DNA of 61,449 nt, counting the filler, from Catajapyx aquilonaris (taxonomy: Eukaryota): assembly GCA_000934665.2 (NCBI GenBank). It is 3 parts of 3 records of this genome, joined end to end, with 100 filler letters (N's around TTAATTAATTAA, not from the genome) between each part and the next. Parts side by side here need not be neighbours in the genome. Positions count along the whole stretch, not along the records: positions 1 to 20,891 come from JYFJ02006316.1; 2 more parts are not named here. One strand, 5' to 3'. Below, piece after piece: positions 1 to 13,298 of the stretch. Below the pieces are notes generated by a model, which saw nothing but the letters and a program-made list of their open reading frames with translations, made no database searches and was not told the DNA's origin. A program made the translations under genes and the position numbers. Position 1 is the first letter of the stretch. Each line of letters opens with the position of its first letter.

Positions 1-2091
1 GGCCGCAGTGGCGCTTTCCCATGTTAAACTCGCATAGACGGTGGCGCCACTGCGGAATTTTTCCATGAGGCTCCGTACGCTGCCTGTGCTAACTACTCTG
101 GTAACTGCTATCACAGCTACGGATGCTGCTCCAAGTGGGTACACGTAGCGTTGTCCCCAACTGGACACGTAGTGCTGACCCCAATTGGACTGCTCGTAAC
201 GGCTGCGGGAACTGGTTGGACTCGGTACGACTGGCTAGTTGTCTGTCGATCCATACTGGCACCGGAGACATCCTGATGGACCCAATCCGTCCATGATGCT
301 GGCTGGTAGTCTGGCTCGCCGCTCGCCCCCATTTTATACTGGGAGCCAAGGGCATGCTGGGAGGTTGATGGCTTGGAGATTAGGATTCCATCTGCAGCTA
401 CATAATACTTTTATTGCACTCTCACCAGAATGGGTTGAGTGGCCCCCATGCCTTGAACTGTTTGGGTTGCCTGCTCTAGTGTTGCATCCTGCAGTATGAA
501 AGCAACAATCATGACAATGCCGCCAAAAGACCACCTTAATATAAAATAACTCAAGAAATTTCAGGTCTGTTCTCATTCAACTGCAATAAGACTAGTGTTA
601 TATACATAACTTGTTCATGAATCACGAGCATTGTACGTCTGAGTTATAATACAGACCGAATTTAGGAGACATAAAATATTTCACTTTTGTTGTTGATGTA
701 AGTTTATAAAATAAAAACGGCGTGGGGTCAAAAAAGACCCCACGTTTCAAGTTAAGCATGGCTAAAATAATGAGGTTTCATACTATGGGGTAAAGTTACG
801 TTAAGAAGTCACAAATACGTCATGTAAAAAGGTCACATGATCAGGTGGTGCATATCCAATCTAAGTTCAAAATTCAATCATGGTATCATACCACGGTCCT
901 TACATACAGTCGTGGTTTAAAGATAAAAGACATCGCATATGTAGGCCTACTGTACGTCTACTTATAGTATACACTCCCACCATTATGCATATTTAGGAGG
1001 CTACTGAAGTATAAAATGGCATGCAAGGCTACAAATAACTCACCATTGAAGACATTAACAAACTCATGAAGTCCTTCTTCCAGAAATATTGCTTTACAAA
1101 CTCATCTGCCATAATGCCCAACAGCACAGCTCGCACACACTCCAGGCCACAAATGAAGCGACGCGGTTGGAGAGGAATGGCTGATGCAATACAGACAGGA
1201 AATTGCTTCCACAAAACTGTGTAGACTCATCATAGCAACGCGACTGTTAGTGTGTATTTTTGTGTATTGTGTATTTGTTTCTCTGTAACATATACTGTGG
1301 GAATACACTTTGACTGTGAACCTTAGTTACACAAAAGTGGCACAGAGTTACACTATACTGTATACACAGGGTGTGTATCAAAGACACACTGTACACAAAA
1401 CTGTGTATTATTCATATGTCACAACCTTTGTGTATGTAGCAAGAACACTTTAAATAATACACTATGCAACGCGGTACTTTACGAAATCAAGTCCCCCCCC
1501 CCCCCGGAAGAGGAATTAGCACAATAATTAGCAACTGTTAAATTCCTTTAAAAATAGGCCTAGAAAAGATAATGAAGTTAATTTCAATGAACACTGTCAG
1601 GGCCACTCCATACTATTGTGACGAGGCCAGTACAGCAGATGTACTAAGTCCAGCAGTGGGAATCCAATGACATAACATGATATTAGTAACTGGTTCCGGG
1701 GATACGAGTCACCTAGTCCAAGCCAGGACGTTACGTAAATGACTACAGTCATATTGACGGCCACGTAAACAGAAGCCAGGTTGCACACAGACAGGAAGCT
1801 GGAAGACGTGTGTGGGCGCGATCGAGCAATATAATAAGGGATAGCGAGAGACACAATGGAGAGTAGAAGAGAACACGGAAAAGAGATCAGAAGAGAAGAG
1901 AGGGGAAAAGAGCAGAAGGAAGAGCAGATCTGAAGAGACCCTTAGAGCAACCCAAGAAACAGCCCAGATGTAGGAGAAAGGACAAGCACCGTGTACCGCT
2001 ATCAGTTGCGTCGCCTGTTGGTTAAAGTAACTAAAGGAACCGGTCAAGCGCCGAAACTAAAGCAACACATCGAGGATCGATGGGACTCACG

Positions 2092-2636
2092 GTGGACTGG
2101 ACTGAGGGAGAGGATGATCAAGGAGAGGGAGGACAGAATTGACACAACGACTAACTGGCCCGACTACAGATTTGTAAAGATAGAGAGAGAAGAATACCGA
2201 TATTTGGACAGAGAAAATATAATTTTTTTGAAGGTGTTGGCTAAACTCAGATGTGGGACACTGCAGGGCTAGCTGGTCGTGGTTGACAGAAACGGAGAGG
2301 AACTGTTTATTGTGTGGGGAGGGGGAGAAAATATGGGGCACATTGTGAGGGACTGCAGGGTAATGAGGAAGGAGAGGAGGAAAGGGATACCGGCGGTGGA
2401 GGAGATGGAGGATGAACAGGAGTATGGCATTGTAAAGAATGTTAAAAGAGGGGGAGTTCTGTGTAAATATCTGTATGGTATGGTGAAGAAAAGAAAGGAT
2501 GCAGTTTTGGAAAGACAGGGAGATGGGGTGAGTGTAAATAGAACTATGTAAATGCAAATGTAAATGTGTAAAGAAGGAGGAGGGTCGGCGAAGCGGCATG
2601 TGCTGCAGTCCGACAAAGGTTAAATAAAGCAAAAAA
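2092..2636 (+). mobile_element. 3' remnant of a non-LTR retrotransposon (LINE ORF2 C-terminus, decayed)
   Basis: Interrupted frame reads LAKLRCG...ENMGHIVRDC, like the degenerate CCHC C-terminus of LINE ORF2; ends in AATAAA, an A-run and (CA)n. Confidence 0.5.
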
Positions 2637-2645
2637 ACACACCCA

Positions 2646-2678
<33 letters not shown>
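2637..2678. repeat. (CA)n microsatellite
   Basis: Directly visible. Confidence 0.95.
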
Positions 2679-2681
<3 letters not shown>

Positions 2682-3022
2682 TGTCTTGACTAAGGCGTGG
2701 GGACGGACATTGATCACTTTTCACTGCGAGTGTTAACTGATCTAACCTAACCTAACCTAACCTAACCTTACCTAACCTATCCTACCTAACCTACCCTACC
2801 CTAAGTAACCTAGGCTGAGAAAAATGGACTTTTGTGAAAACCTACAAATGAAAATAGTGGGGACATGTCCCCACTAATTTACACATGTCCCCACTGTAAT
2901 GGTACACTTCGCGTGTGTGAGCCTGTGGGGACCGACAAATGTCCCCACAATTGGAAGTGGTCCCCACAGCTACAGTAAAACCACAGACTTCCGTCCCCAG
3001 ACCTTAGTCAAGACCTGATCAC
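2677..3022 (+). mobile_element. Non-autonomous MITE-like element, copy 1 (internal CCTAA repeats)
   Basis: Subterminal IR TCTTGACTAAGG..GGGGACGGA / TCCGTCCCC..CCTTAGTCAAGA; near-identical inverted copy at 26089-26439. Confidence 0.85.
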
Positions 3023-4455
3023 AACTGCTGATATGCCGCTCTTAAGTCACGTGGGTCTGAGGGGGAAACCTATATTTAAAAAACCGGAGTTGCATCGGGG
3101 TGCACCAAAATTTGGTGATACTAATGCTGGGGGTGGGTGGGGGAGGGGGGAAATTCAAAGAGGAAGGGAGTAGGATGAATGAGAGAGGGGGGGAGGGGAG
3201 GGACATGCCTAGGATCAGGTGGCTTCAGGCAATAACAATGTACTGTAAAATGTAGTCCTTTTTTCTCAATTTTTATTGTTACAAGTAATACATTCAGATT
3301 TTAAAGCATGTAAATTAAAAACACCCAGTGATTCACAAAAGACATAAAAGCTAAGGAGTTTCATGAAAAGCCAGACCATTTCGTTGGCTGTAAGATTAAA
3401 TTTTTCCCGACATATTACAGTATTAATAAAATATAGTCAAAATTATTGAAATCACATAAGACAGTGTGGTACACTTTTCAATGTTCACTGTTTTTAAAAA
3501 ATCAGGTTATCATTCGTGGGGAACACTCATGTGTCAATAAAGAATTTATATGGTATTACATTTTCCAATTTTCTCAGATTTTTAGTGAATGATTGCGTCG
3601 TCTTAAAAGAGCGGGAAAAGGGTTAGAAAAACTTGAATTCACATGTGTACATAAAAAAACCAACAATTCACCATATCCTGACTTCAGGCTAGGTGTAACA
3701 CACCAAGGCTTACAACTACTGATTGACAGCCGAACTTGACATAGCTTTCCTACTAGCATGTGACTTTTATCATAACCTTCCGACCATCCTCTACTGCAAG
3801 CTAGTCAGAATGAGTGCCAGAAGAAGTGATGAGCTTGACGGATGGAAATATACAGGCGGAAGCATATGCATTGCAGAGTATGGAAACAATGAATATCCAT
3901 CCATTACTTCCCTGTACACAAAAATTCAGACCAGAGAGTGTTCCATAGTTTCAGTACCATGAAGTACCATGAATTTGTTTCTAATGGACATGCTTATAGA
4001 TACATATTGGGGTGCTCTGGAGAGGCAGCGGACATCACAGGAAATTGGGAAACCTACATGGCACCACAATAATATTTTGTTTACATTGTAGTGTCAGCGC
4101 TTGTACATTTTTCTCCAGAACAGAGAAGTGAAGGATGAGAGAAGGCGTTCAGGTTAAGGCCAGTTAGATTGCTATGAAAACTTGCTTCAAGCATGTAAAT
4201 CCGCTAACACAGAACAAAATGGCACACAGTTGATGGGCTATCAGCAGCAAGTCACAATGTGTCACTTTATTCTGTGAGAAACACAGTTGACAACAAAAAA
4301 TGTAAAAATTATAAGGAAGCTATACGTTCGGGAACTTGAGCAAAGCAATTAATTCAATGTGACATGTGAATAGTAAGGTACTGCTTATTAATAAAACCAG
4401 AATCCTAGTGAGAAAGTTATGTAAACTGATTACGCCACTAATCATCCTATCTTTT

Positions 4456-4866
4456 TCAGTGTTTAAAAAAAATTAAATGAGAACTCGGAGAGAACGAAAC
4501 TGGGCGGGGCTGCGGATGTGCATGATTTAATAAATATTCAGCGAGGTTCGGGGAACGAGCTATACTTGCGGGGACCATACAATGCATCGCCTTGCGAGGC
4601 TTACTTTTCCGTTTGGATATCCGGGGTTTCTGGGTGGAGATGGATATCCAGGTTACCTGGACGGACATGGATTCCTCAGGGTTCGTCATTCTCATCCTCT
4701 TCTTCTCTCCTCCTATCTTTTCAATACTATCCTCATCATCATGCCCTTCTCTTTTGGTCCCTCGTCCATTCTCCTCCACTCCTAAAAATTGGACGATGAT
4801 CGCTGTCATGTTATCGTGACCTGTACAATGACCATGATATTCTGGGGCAACGCATCTATCAAATAG
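4456..4866 (-). CDS. PPM1G: PPM1G-like exon 5 (probably terminal)
   Basis: TCTCTTCCAG acceptor; LFDRCVAP...[13 protein letters not shown] followed by a basic tail; stop at 4456. Confidence 0.75.
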   Translation of the reverse strand, partial: LFDRCVAPEYHGHCTGHDNMTAIIVQFLGVEENGRGTKREGHDDEDSIEKIGGEKKRMRMTNPEESMSVQVTWISISTQKPRISKRKSKPRKAMHCMVPASIARSPNLAEYLLNHAHPQPRPVSFSPSSHLIFFKH

Positions 4867-7800
4867 CTGGAAGAGAGAAATACCCACAATATGTAATCAA
4901 TGGTGCCAACACAAAAAATAGCTCTTACCAAATTAATCATAACAGCCTTTAAACTCCACAAAACCTACACTGCTACTTCCGTACAACAAACGTAACCTAG
5001 CCATTGAGTAACTTGTCGTTTCCATGCAATATTTTAGGTGCATGACCATGATAGTGTAGTTACCGGCAGCATCATCCAGATTTTGACATGAATTTAACTT
5101 GACCTTGACCAATATAATTAAAAGCCACCACACCTGCTCACAGATCGTAGACAGCTTAATGCCTGGAGTCTCGAGTCTGGTTCGTACAAAATCCACCACC
5201 TCCTGGCTGGTCATAGCGTTCCAGATTCCATCGCATGCTAAGACCATAAATTCATCCTTCTGGGGATTTATGGTGTATGTCCGCACGTCTGGTAGGGCTG
5301 TTACCATCTGCTCTCGAGCTGATAACTTCTCATTCCGTTTGTAGCAGTGGTCACCTTAACATGGGTGATAGAGAAAAGAGCAATGCTTAATCGTTTGCAC
5401 TATTCTCACCCTATTAACTATGAACTAGTGTCGTGGAGTCGCGGGTGGCCCGAAACTTACGAGAATATATTGAGAGTGTCACGTAACTGATTAATCAAAG
5501 GCCACATCCTTTTGTGCATTTCTCAAACATATCACTTAGTTTTAACGACATTCTTATGATAGTTAATTTGATATGACTTAATTTTTCTAGGTGTTTCAGG
5601 GCTATAGTGATATTTCCGGATATTTCAAAAGCCTATTTGGGAAATGGTACAGATGTAGGATTGTCGTGCCTCTAAAAAAATTGACCTCCCAATTTAAAAA
5701 CCGGATTTTTTGATATGTTATAGCTCAGACCTTGTGATTGGAAAAAATTAATACAGTATGTAAGTAGTAACATTTCATTTAATGATTAAGTGGATGGCTG
5801 CCTACCGGAAGGACATCACGTCCTCCCGGTAGGACGAAAAAACGCTACTTTTAAAGCGCTGTAACCTGCGAATGAGTCCTCCGAGCAGGACGTTTCCGTC
5901 AAGAAACGACGGCACATACTCCCCCGGGTTTGCGAGAAACTAAGTTGGAAAAAAAAATCGCAAATTTGTTTCAAACATTTACAAAAAAAATTGCAAAAAA
6001 TGCCGACTGTCATTTTCAAGACGAAAACTCGCGTTATTGTCCCTGCCACCTATTTTGACCCCAATGGGTCACATAAGTGGTCATAATCACAGTTTGGGCC
6101 ACCCGTCCTACCGGCAGGACTTTCTTATGCTTTGGTCACACAGCACGTCCTGCTGGTAGCGCTACCAGCAGGACATGAGGCCATCCACTTAATCATTAAG
6201 GAAGGTATCATTGGATTTGAAAGAGTCATGCATGTAAAGGTATGCAGCACGTGTTCGATTTGGCAACTCCGCGATAGTGACCCCTGGCGGGGCCCGGCGG
6301 GCGGGGCCACAATGGGTGGCCACTTGGCTCCTGGTCCAATTTTGTCGCACATACACTCCTTCAAATCCAATTATCTTCCTTAAATTGAATGCTACTACTT
6401 AGCCTACAAACTTTTCTAATCTCAAGGAAAAGGTCAGAGCTATAACATATCAAAAAATCGTATTTGTAAATTTCTTTAATTTCTTTAATTTTAAATAATT
6501 TATGTATCAAAATGGGACAACAACAACAACACGACATTTCCCTATGAGGGGTAGTCAGCGATGAAGGGAGACAAAAGCTAGCCCAAAATATGACTTAAAT
6601 TTTTTATTTTTATTTTTTATTTATCTTACCCCGTTCTGGGCCATATTGGCCCCTTTGGGGGACCTCCTTCCTTTATTACATGACTATTACATAACTGAGC
6701 TCTTTTTAAACCCAACAATATATTTACAAACTGCTTGTCAAAAGAATAAAGAAAAAATAATAAATAAATAAATGAATAAAGCTTGTCACAATCCAATTTG
6801 TATAGCTAGACCAGGATAACTCATCTCACTTCACATAAATCCAGGATTTTTGATGACTTAAATTAAAACTTGTGAAAATAAACCTATAAACAACCCGTCC
6901 CACACCCCACCCCTGCCCATCTCAGACGACAGACACTGAATATTAAATTTCAATACTGTATTACACTATTCAATACGTTACTTCGCCAAATCAAACCCCC
7001 TCGCCACCAGTCACTACTGCGGACGCCCTGGCCACGCCGACGTGTATCAATGGCGTGTGTCAATGGAGTTTACATGCCATTCAAATCAAGTGCATTGGAA
7101 ACTCTTCAGTCACATGTGCTTGGACTGTTCTGCAGATTGGGGTGGTGGCCCACTACTAGTTTCCTTTGTAGTCTGTTAATCTCATGAACTCGGACTACTA
7201 GTCAAGTGATATTAAGGGCAACAACTTCCAAAAGAAAATGAGATTTTTAACATTATTATTTGTACTCTTCAAATCCAACTTTAAGTGGGAAAGTGAACAA
7301 ATATATTCTTACCAATCGCCCGGGACAGGTTGAGCACACCATTCACACGTCCTTTGGGCGTGACCCTCCCTCCAGCCAGGATTATCCTCTTCCTTTCTAG
7401 GTAGTCCAGTGGTTTGTGGTCGATGGTCATATCAACCGCTTTACCCTCACAGCTCATCACACATCTTGAGTCACCCACGTTGGCCACAAAGAGATCATTT
7501 CCTCGAAGTAAGGCCACAACAGCTGTGCATCCTGAATCTCTACCAGGCATCTTCATCTTCTGGCGCTGCTTAAGATGAACAAGAAAAGAGGTAGCAGAGG
7601 GATCATTCTTGGATGATGATGGTCTCTGTTCTTCTCTCTTGGAGGAGGAAGGCATGTCTCCAGAACTACCATCCTCTCCCTCACACTTGGCTTCACCACT
7701 GCCACCAATATCAACATTCTGGTCACCATTTCCGATCTCATCAGGGGTTTTTATGAGCTTAACATTCAGAAAGGATGATGACGAAGAAGTGTGCTCAGCA

Positions 7801-10800
7801 CTTACGTAAAAAGTCACGATATTGGATGATGGTGGCTTATCCCCATCTTGGCTCTTAGAGGAGGAAGGCTGGTCTCCATCACTACCATCCTCTCCCTGAC
7901 AATAATTGGCTTCACCAATTCCACCAATATCACTATTCTTGCCTCCATTTGCAAGATGATCTGACACATGTTTTGGTATTGGAGCTGTAAGCTGCTGCTT
8001 AGCCTTGAGAAATGACGATATTGGAATGCCTTCAGGGCGTCGATACAGTGTGATTACTGGCTGTCCCTTGGATGATGGTGGCCCCTCCCCACCTTCTTTC
8101 TTGGATGAGGAATTTTGGCTATTATGGCCATCATCAACTCCACTTATGTTCATGGCCATCAGATCATGGTGGGAAATCTGTGCTTCCTGCTTCCTGCTGT
8201 CGCCTGAAAAGGACGAAAAGACAGTATGTTGAGACAACCTCATTACTATATCAGTATAAGTCATTTGAATCTTCATAATTTAAACCAAACAGATCATCAT
8301 GCTTGGGCATAATACTAACACAGATTCACGACAAAATGATGCAGGTACAAAATGATTATCCAAAAGTACACAAAAAATTGACTCTGAACAATGTCATGTG
8401 TTTCAATTTCAATAAACATTGATGAACCTTATTTATTTATTTTTATTTTTATTTATTTATTTTACCCCATTATGGAGCAGAGCTCCTATAGGGGGACACT
8501 CCTTAACCATTACACATGGACATGTATCTACTTACGTACAAAGGAAAAAAAAAAATTAATATCAAAAATAAACTGCTTTGTGGGCTCTGCATACAGTAAG
8601 TGCATCTGGTTCGGTGGGCAACGTGGAACATCTACCAAATAGTTCGTACGAGGGGTATGAAAAATGGGGCATGATGAACCTTATAAGTCAGTGGTGTCCA
8701 GTAGTATGACACAATCATGTAAAGATCTTTTGATAACAACTGATGTTACAGACGATAGTTTTTTTTTCAGTACCCCGTGCTAACCGTTTCGGATTTATAG
8801 GGGGACACCGCAACCCCATACAAGTACATATAGTATGAAATCAAGTCATATCACATAAGTCCATTATCTTTATCAATTGAGAAAAAAAAACAGAAATATA
8901 GCAAAAGCTGAATCCCTTGCCAAGACATCAAAAAACACTTGGGAGTCTGTCAGGTGGGACCTTGGGCAAATTACAGAGATATCTCTTTCTCAGTGAAGCA
9001 GTTTGTTTGCATTCGATCATGTAATGATGTAACGTGCCCGGGTCATCAATATTGCAAAGCTATCAAGTTTCAGCCGATTTGGAGTCAAAGAACCAGAATC
9101 GCTGCGATATGTTACTAATATTACATAGAAGCCTAATGGCCGGTTAAAAGGGTAGGTTCCAGCTTAGATATGGCGCCTTCTCTGCTCCCGACCTGCTCCC
9201 CACTATAGTTTTATGACAATGTTGCCTGTGGGATGAACCAAATCAACCAATCCCACTACAAAACTGACCAGGAATAGTTGTGCAAGACCACATATTGGCA
9301 TGTGCCAGGCATATTTTCATATGAAATTTTCCGAAGGAGGCACGGTGGCCGTGATGGTAACGTCTCGGCTTGCTATGCGAAAGGTCCCGGGTTCAAATCC
9401 CCACCCGGGAACAAACCTTTCGCTTGCGTCAATGGGTCGGGCAGCGCCTAAGGAGGCGTCTTGGCAACCTGACCTCCTGGGGGACTGCACATGGCCCACC
9501 GCTGGACAATGCCCCTGCACATGTGTCCCCTCCCCAAATCCCCTCCCTTACCCAATTTCCTAGTATTCCTTGCACTGGTGTCTGAAGAAAAATAATAATT
9601 AGAAAACTGTATGGTGGTCTGCCACCCCCATAAAGCGGCCTAGGGTTGCATCACGGGGTAAATAAAATATGGAATTTTCATGCAGGAAGAGGTGGATTAG
9701 CTACCTATGTCTTATCACTGCACAGCTACAAATCTTTCTGGTCTAATTTGAATCATTCAAATTAAAATAGGTAGTTTTTTAGCGGTTTTCGGCGTATGCT
9801 TCCTTAGGGCCGGTTGCACCAGTCGCGGTATATGGGAAGGTATATAGAAGAACCCTGCACCGCGGGTACACGGTATATGCCATGAAAAGCCTCGGGTTTA
9901 TTCCATAGCGTTGCACCGGTCCAGATAAACGGGGGGTTTTCGGTAGTCCGCTGGCTCATGAGAGACGTAAGCGGGCAAAAATTTTGGAGGGCGCTGATTG
10001 GATCGCAGCACCCGTGACGCAAGCCGTGACGTCATGGAAGTATGGCTAGTCGTCTAGTATCTACGGCAACCATGTGGCAGGGTGGCCACCTGGTGTCACA
10101 CAGTACACAAAATCCCTAGCACCATGACAACACCACGACAACACCATATACCCGCGGTATATAAAGCAACTTGTGCTGCAGGATCGGCGGGTAGATGGAT
10201 CGGGCGGTAAATGTGGGAGGGAGAACGGGCCGTTTTAGAAAAAACGTAGGTGGCGCAACACTTCTCGCGGTATACCGGAGTGAAAACCCGCCGTTTTCCA
10301 TATACCGTGACTGGTGCAACCGGCCCTTAATGGCTCATGTTAAATCTTAAATGGAAATGTGGCTAGTAGAATTTAAATTTCAGTTAGTTTAAAGACAAAT
10401 TAATAAATTGTCATATTTCTGTTGAAACATTTTGAACTGCAGATGTTTTCTTACTGTTTAAAGCCATAGCTTCTAAGTTGAGCAGTGTTGGTGCAGTATT
10501 TTCCCAACATATTGAAACTATTCTGGCAGATTAGGCACCAATGTCTCTTAGAGGTACATCATAATAAATTACCGTCTTCATATTCATGAGGCTCATCTAT
10601 GATTCCTTCAATGTCCTTCAGCACCTGGATAACCTCCTGAGTGGTCAAGTGGGTATAGTTGTGCAAGATCAGTCATATTGGCATGTGCCAGACATATTTT
10701 CATATGGAATTTTCATGTAGAAGACTGTATTACCTGTATGTCTTATCACTGCACAGCTACAAATCTTTCTGGTCTCATTTGAGTAGTTCAAATTCAAATA

Positions 10801-13298
10801 AGTCGTGTTTTGGCGCATGGTTCATTAATGGCAAATACACGGCAAATGTTAAATGCAAATGTTGCTATGTATTAGAATTTAAGGTTCAGTTAGTTTAGAG
10901 ACAAATGAGGATATTTTGCCATATTTCTGTTGAAATATTTTGAACTGCTGATATTTTCTTGCTGTTAGAGCAATAGCTTTTTAATGGAGCAGTATATTCT
11001 AATCATATTGAAACTATTCTGGCAGATTAGGGATCAATGTCTCATATGCATAAATAATTACCATCTCCTGCATGCTCATGAGGCTCATCCATGACTCCTG
11101 AAATGTCCTTTAGCACCTTGATGACATCTTTTGTGGTTAGGGTGGCATCAAAATCCAGAAATGAACGCTCCAGGGCAAGGGAAAGGTTGCCTTGCTTGTA
11201 CAACTCAGACCCGATTATGAACTGAGGTAGCTGCTCGGCACAGTAGGTTGCCACCTCATGACCATTGTGGCCGTCGTATACGGCAAATAGAGACGTGTCC
11301 TGGTCGTAGTTCACTATGACGTTGTGTGCATCCTGAAAAATAAAAGCATGTAAAAGAAGATGACATCCTAGATAAGTAAAAAAATTGATAACTTCTGTTA
11401 ATATTGATATGAATTAGGCTGTAGCTTATCTTGCATAACTATTTAAGTTACTACTGAATAAGGTGACTGTGCAACATACCACTTCACCACCAATTTGTCT
11501 ATAAACTGAACATACGCACAAGAAACAATCAGTAACCTGGTGATATCATTTAATAATCTGTATACTTATGTACTTCCAAAAGTGGCACTCCTAATTAATT
11601 ACTGGAAAGCACATGAAATAATCTCATTCCAAAGTGTGCTTCATTCCAACTCTGACCATTGAAACTTACAGGAAGCACACGAAATATATATTGTGGGTTA
11701 TCTTGCAAGGTAATTATAAGTCTGCTGAATAGGGCATCATGTGATCTTAACTCAAAAAGGAGGATGGAGATGTAAATAATGAATATGAATAAATAATGAG
11801 CACATTTAAGTGAGCTAAGTACTACTAATCATCAAGAGGTATTTTCAAATTTTTCCGTGATGTTTTCATCATGTACACCAAGTAAATATCCGTTTTTAAA
11901 ACTACCAATCCCACTTGCCGTATCCAATTTGACTGGTTGATTTTCTGAGCTCATGCTGGTGTAATGATATACCGCCGGTACTGTACTTCCTCACTAGCCT
12001 ATAACACTGATTCGTGCTTGTCAAAATATCCCTGTCATGGATTGGCATACTGAAGACCAAAATCTTATCCCATTAGACTAAATAGTGATCAGGACATCTG
12101 AAGAAACTTAATGCATCTGGATTCTAACCTGATGCAACTGACATTTAATCAGTAAAAATGAACATTAATTGTTACAGAAAAGTATAAATTGTCCTAGCAA
12201 TGGTAATATTTATGTGACATGCCCTCAAAATGGGGCGGCCCACAACCTTGGAAATACTGCTCCATTGTGCATTGTGCATGGTATACATGGTGTCAGTGGA
12301 AACTTGACTGAATGCTGCTACCTTCAAGTGCCTTCAGTGCACCCCTTGACTACTGATGTAGCAAAGTACATTGCATGGTGTGGCCGTTTTGTTGCACTTG
12401 ACACACCATGGTAAAATCCTACAGCAGTACACTGAGATTCTAGTCTGGCTATCCTGGGCTATCCTGTGCATCTTTCTTGGATGTCTTTTTGATGAATGTA
12501 TAAAAGTTTTGTCAATCCAGAATAATTGTGGCTGCAGTATATAATAATGCAAATACCCTTTTCATCTGTTAACCACACTCACTTTGTGCTGTTATTAGAT
12601 TTGCAGCATAATATAGGACAGGATGCATGTATAGTGCAAGAACATCCTGTCATTAAAAGCAGGCAAGGACATTCCTAACTTGAAGCAAATCTCACCTTCT
12701 AACTGAATGTTACCTTCGATTACAAACCATATATCTACATTTTTGGTGTTGCATGCTATTCTAAATGCCATAAAAGTCAATAGGGAAAGTTTTACCCTAG
12801 ACTTGACAGGACACTGACATCATTTTTTCTGCATCATTCACATTTATTTATTTCAAGACCCAGAGTATTCCTCTTTTTGTGTGTGCCTGTCACCTGAGGA
12901 TACAAAGATACAAAGCATCCAATGCTAGTAGAATTTGGGAACATAGGACCCAAACTGGCAACTGTACGCATGTAAAAACCAACGGTCATACTCCACCTCT
13001 TCGATTTTACCTTCTCAGCGTAGTTACTATTCCAAAGCAGCAGTTTCCCCTCACTAGAATCACTATGCTATGACATGCATTTCACCTTTCACTGGCGAAA
13101 ATGTGAGCTGTCCCATTGTCCAGCACCCTTTCACATGCATCGTGTCACGTTTAAATATAAATATAAATAAGTAGGACTGAGTCTCACCTCCTGCGAGACG
13201 CGCCAGCCTTGCATGGAGCTGGACCCGACTCGGACAGACTTGGAGACCTGGTCGCAAGACTCTTTTTTTGTCACTGGCTTTGTCATTGGAATGCCCAT
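4456..13298 (-). CDS. PPM1G: Protein phosphatase 2C, PPM1G-like, diverged; 5 coding exons complement(13188-13298, 11062-11332, 7313-8203, 5134-5354, 4456-4866), about 634 aa
   Basis: Motifs [77 protein letters not shown] and [12 protein letters not shown], plus a long central insert; all four introns are GT-AG with matching phases (0,1,1,0). The 3' end is uncertain: a possible donor CAG/GTAACC lies at 4656. Confidence 0.9.
5134..5354 (-). CDS. PPM1G: PPM1G-like exon 4
   Basis: GDHCYKRN...EQMVTALPD...[19 protein letters not shown] and GT boundaries in phase. Confidence 0.88.
5695..6470. mobile_element. Nested inverted-repeat non-autonomous DNA element(s) in PPM1G-like intron 3
   Basis: Outer arms TTTTGATATGTTATAGCTC / GAGCTATAACATATCAAAA; inner arms TTAATGATTAAGTGGATGGC / GCCATCCACTTAATCATTAA. 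Confidence 0.65.
6200..6379. mobile_element. TTAA-flanked MITE (Kolobok-like)
   Basis: TTAA at 6196-6199 and 6380-6383; imperfect TIR GGAAG..ATTGGATTTGAA / TTCAAATCCAAT..CTTCC. Confidence 0.65.
6517..6594 (-). mobile_element. 3' tail of a LINE/SINE (RTE-like) ending in (TTG)n
   Basis: The same sequence with a (CAA)n tract recurs at 61356-61449. Confidence 0.55.
7313..8203 (-). CDS. PPM1G: PPM1G-like exon 3 (Ser/Gly-rich insert plus catalytic core)
   Basis: TTTTCAG acceptor; 891 bp phase 1-1; DSGCTAVV...NLSRAIG; donor GTAAG. Confidence 0.9.
9332..9666 (+). mobile_element. tRNA-derived SINE with 13-bp TSD
   Basis: A box TGGCCGTGATGG, B box GGTTCAAATCCC, A-rich end; TSD ATATGRAATTTTC at 9319-9331 and 9667-9679; the empty site is visible in the paralogous repeat near 10702. 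Confidence 0.85.
9807..10326. mobile_element. PIF/Harbinger-type MITE
   Basis: TIR GGGCCGGTTGCACCAGTC / GACTGGTGCAACCGGCCC with TTA TSD; empty site in the duplicate near 10825. Confidence 0.88.
10573..10654 (-). pseudogene. Partial diverged copy of PPM1G-like exon 2 3' end
   Basis: [25 protein letters not shown] versus [26 protein letters not shown], with the same GTAATT donor. Confidence 0.8.
11062..11332 (-). CDS. PPM1G: PPM1G-like exon 2
   Basis: TTTTTCAG acceptor; DAHN...[13 protein letters not shown]; donor GTAATT. Confidence 0.9.
13188..13298 (-). CDS. PPM1G: PPM1G-like exon 1 ([37 protein letters not shown])
   Basis: ATG at 13298, donor GTGAG at 13187, PP2C motif SSMQGWR. Confidence 0.88.

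Larger units (their letters stand above)
9274..11140. repeat. Diverged tandem duplication (unit about 480 bp) of PPM1G-like intron 2 plus the 3' part of exon 2
   Basis: 9274-10654 (after removing two insertions) aligns with 10655-11140; both start ATAGTTGTGCAAGA..CATATTGGCATGTGCC. Confidence 0.85.

Noticed and set aside
89..1308. Short minus-strand ORFs at the window start
   Set aside because: Low complexity and no domain; cannot be supported without flanking sequence
2742..2812. Interstitial telomere (TTAGG)n
   Set aside because: Short, degenerate and internal to a dispersed element present twice
9336..9410. Functional tRNA genes (also 16308 and 40826)
   Set aside because: Cloverleafs are incomplete or continue into SINE bodies; one has a TSD
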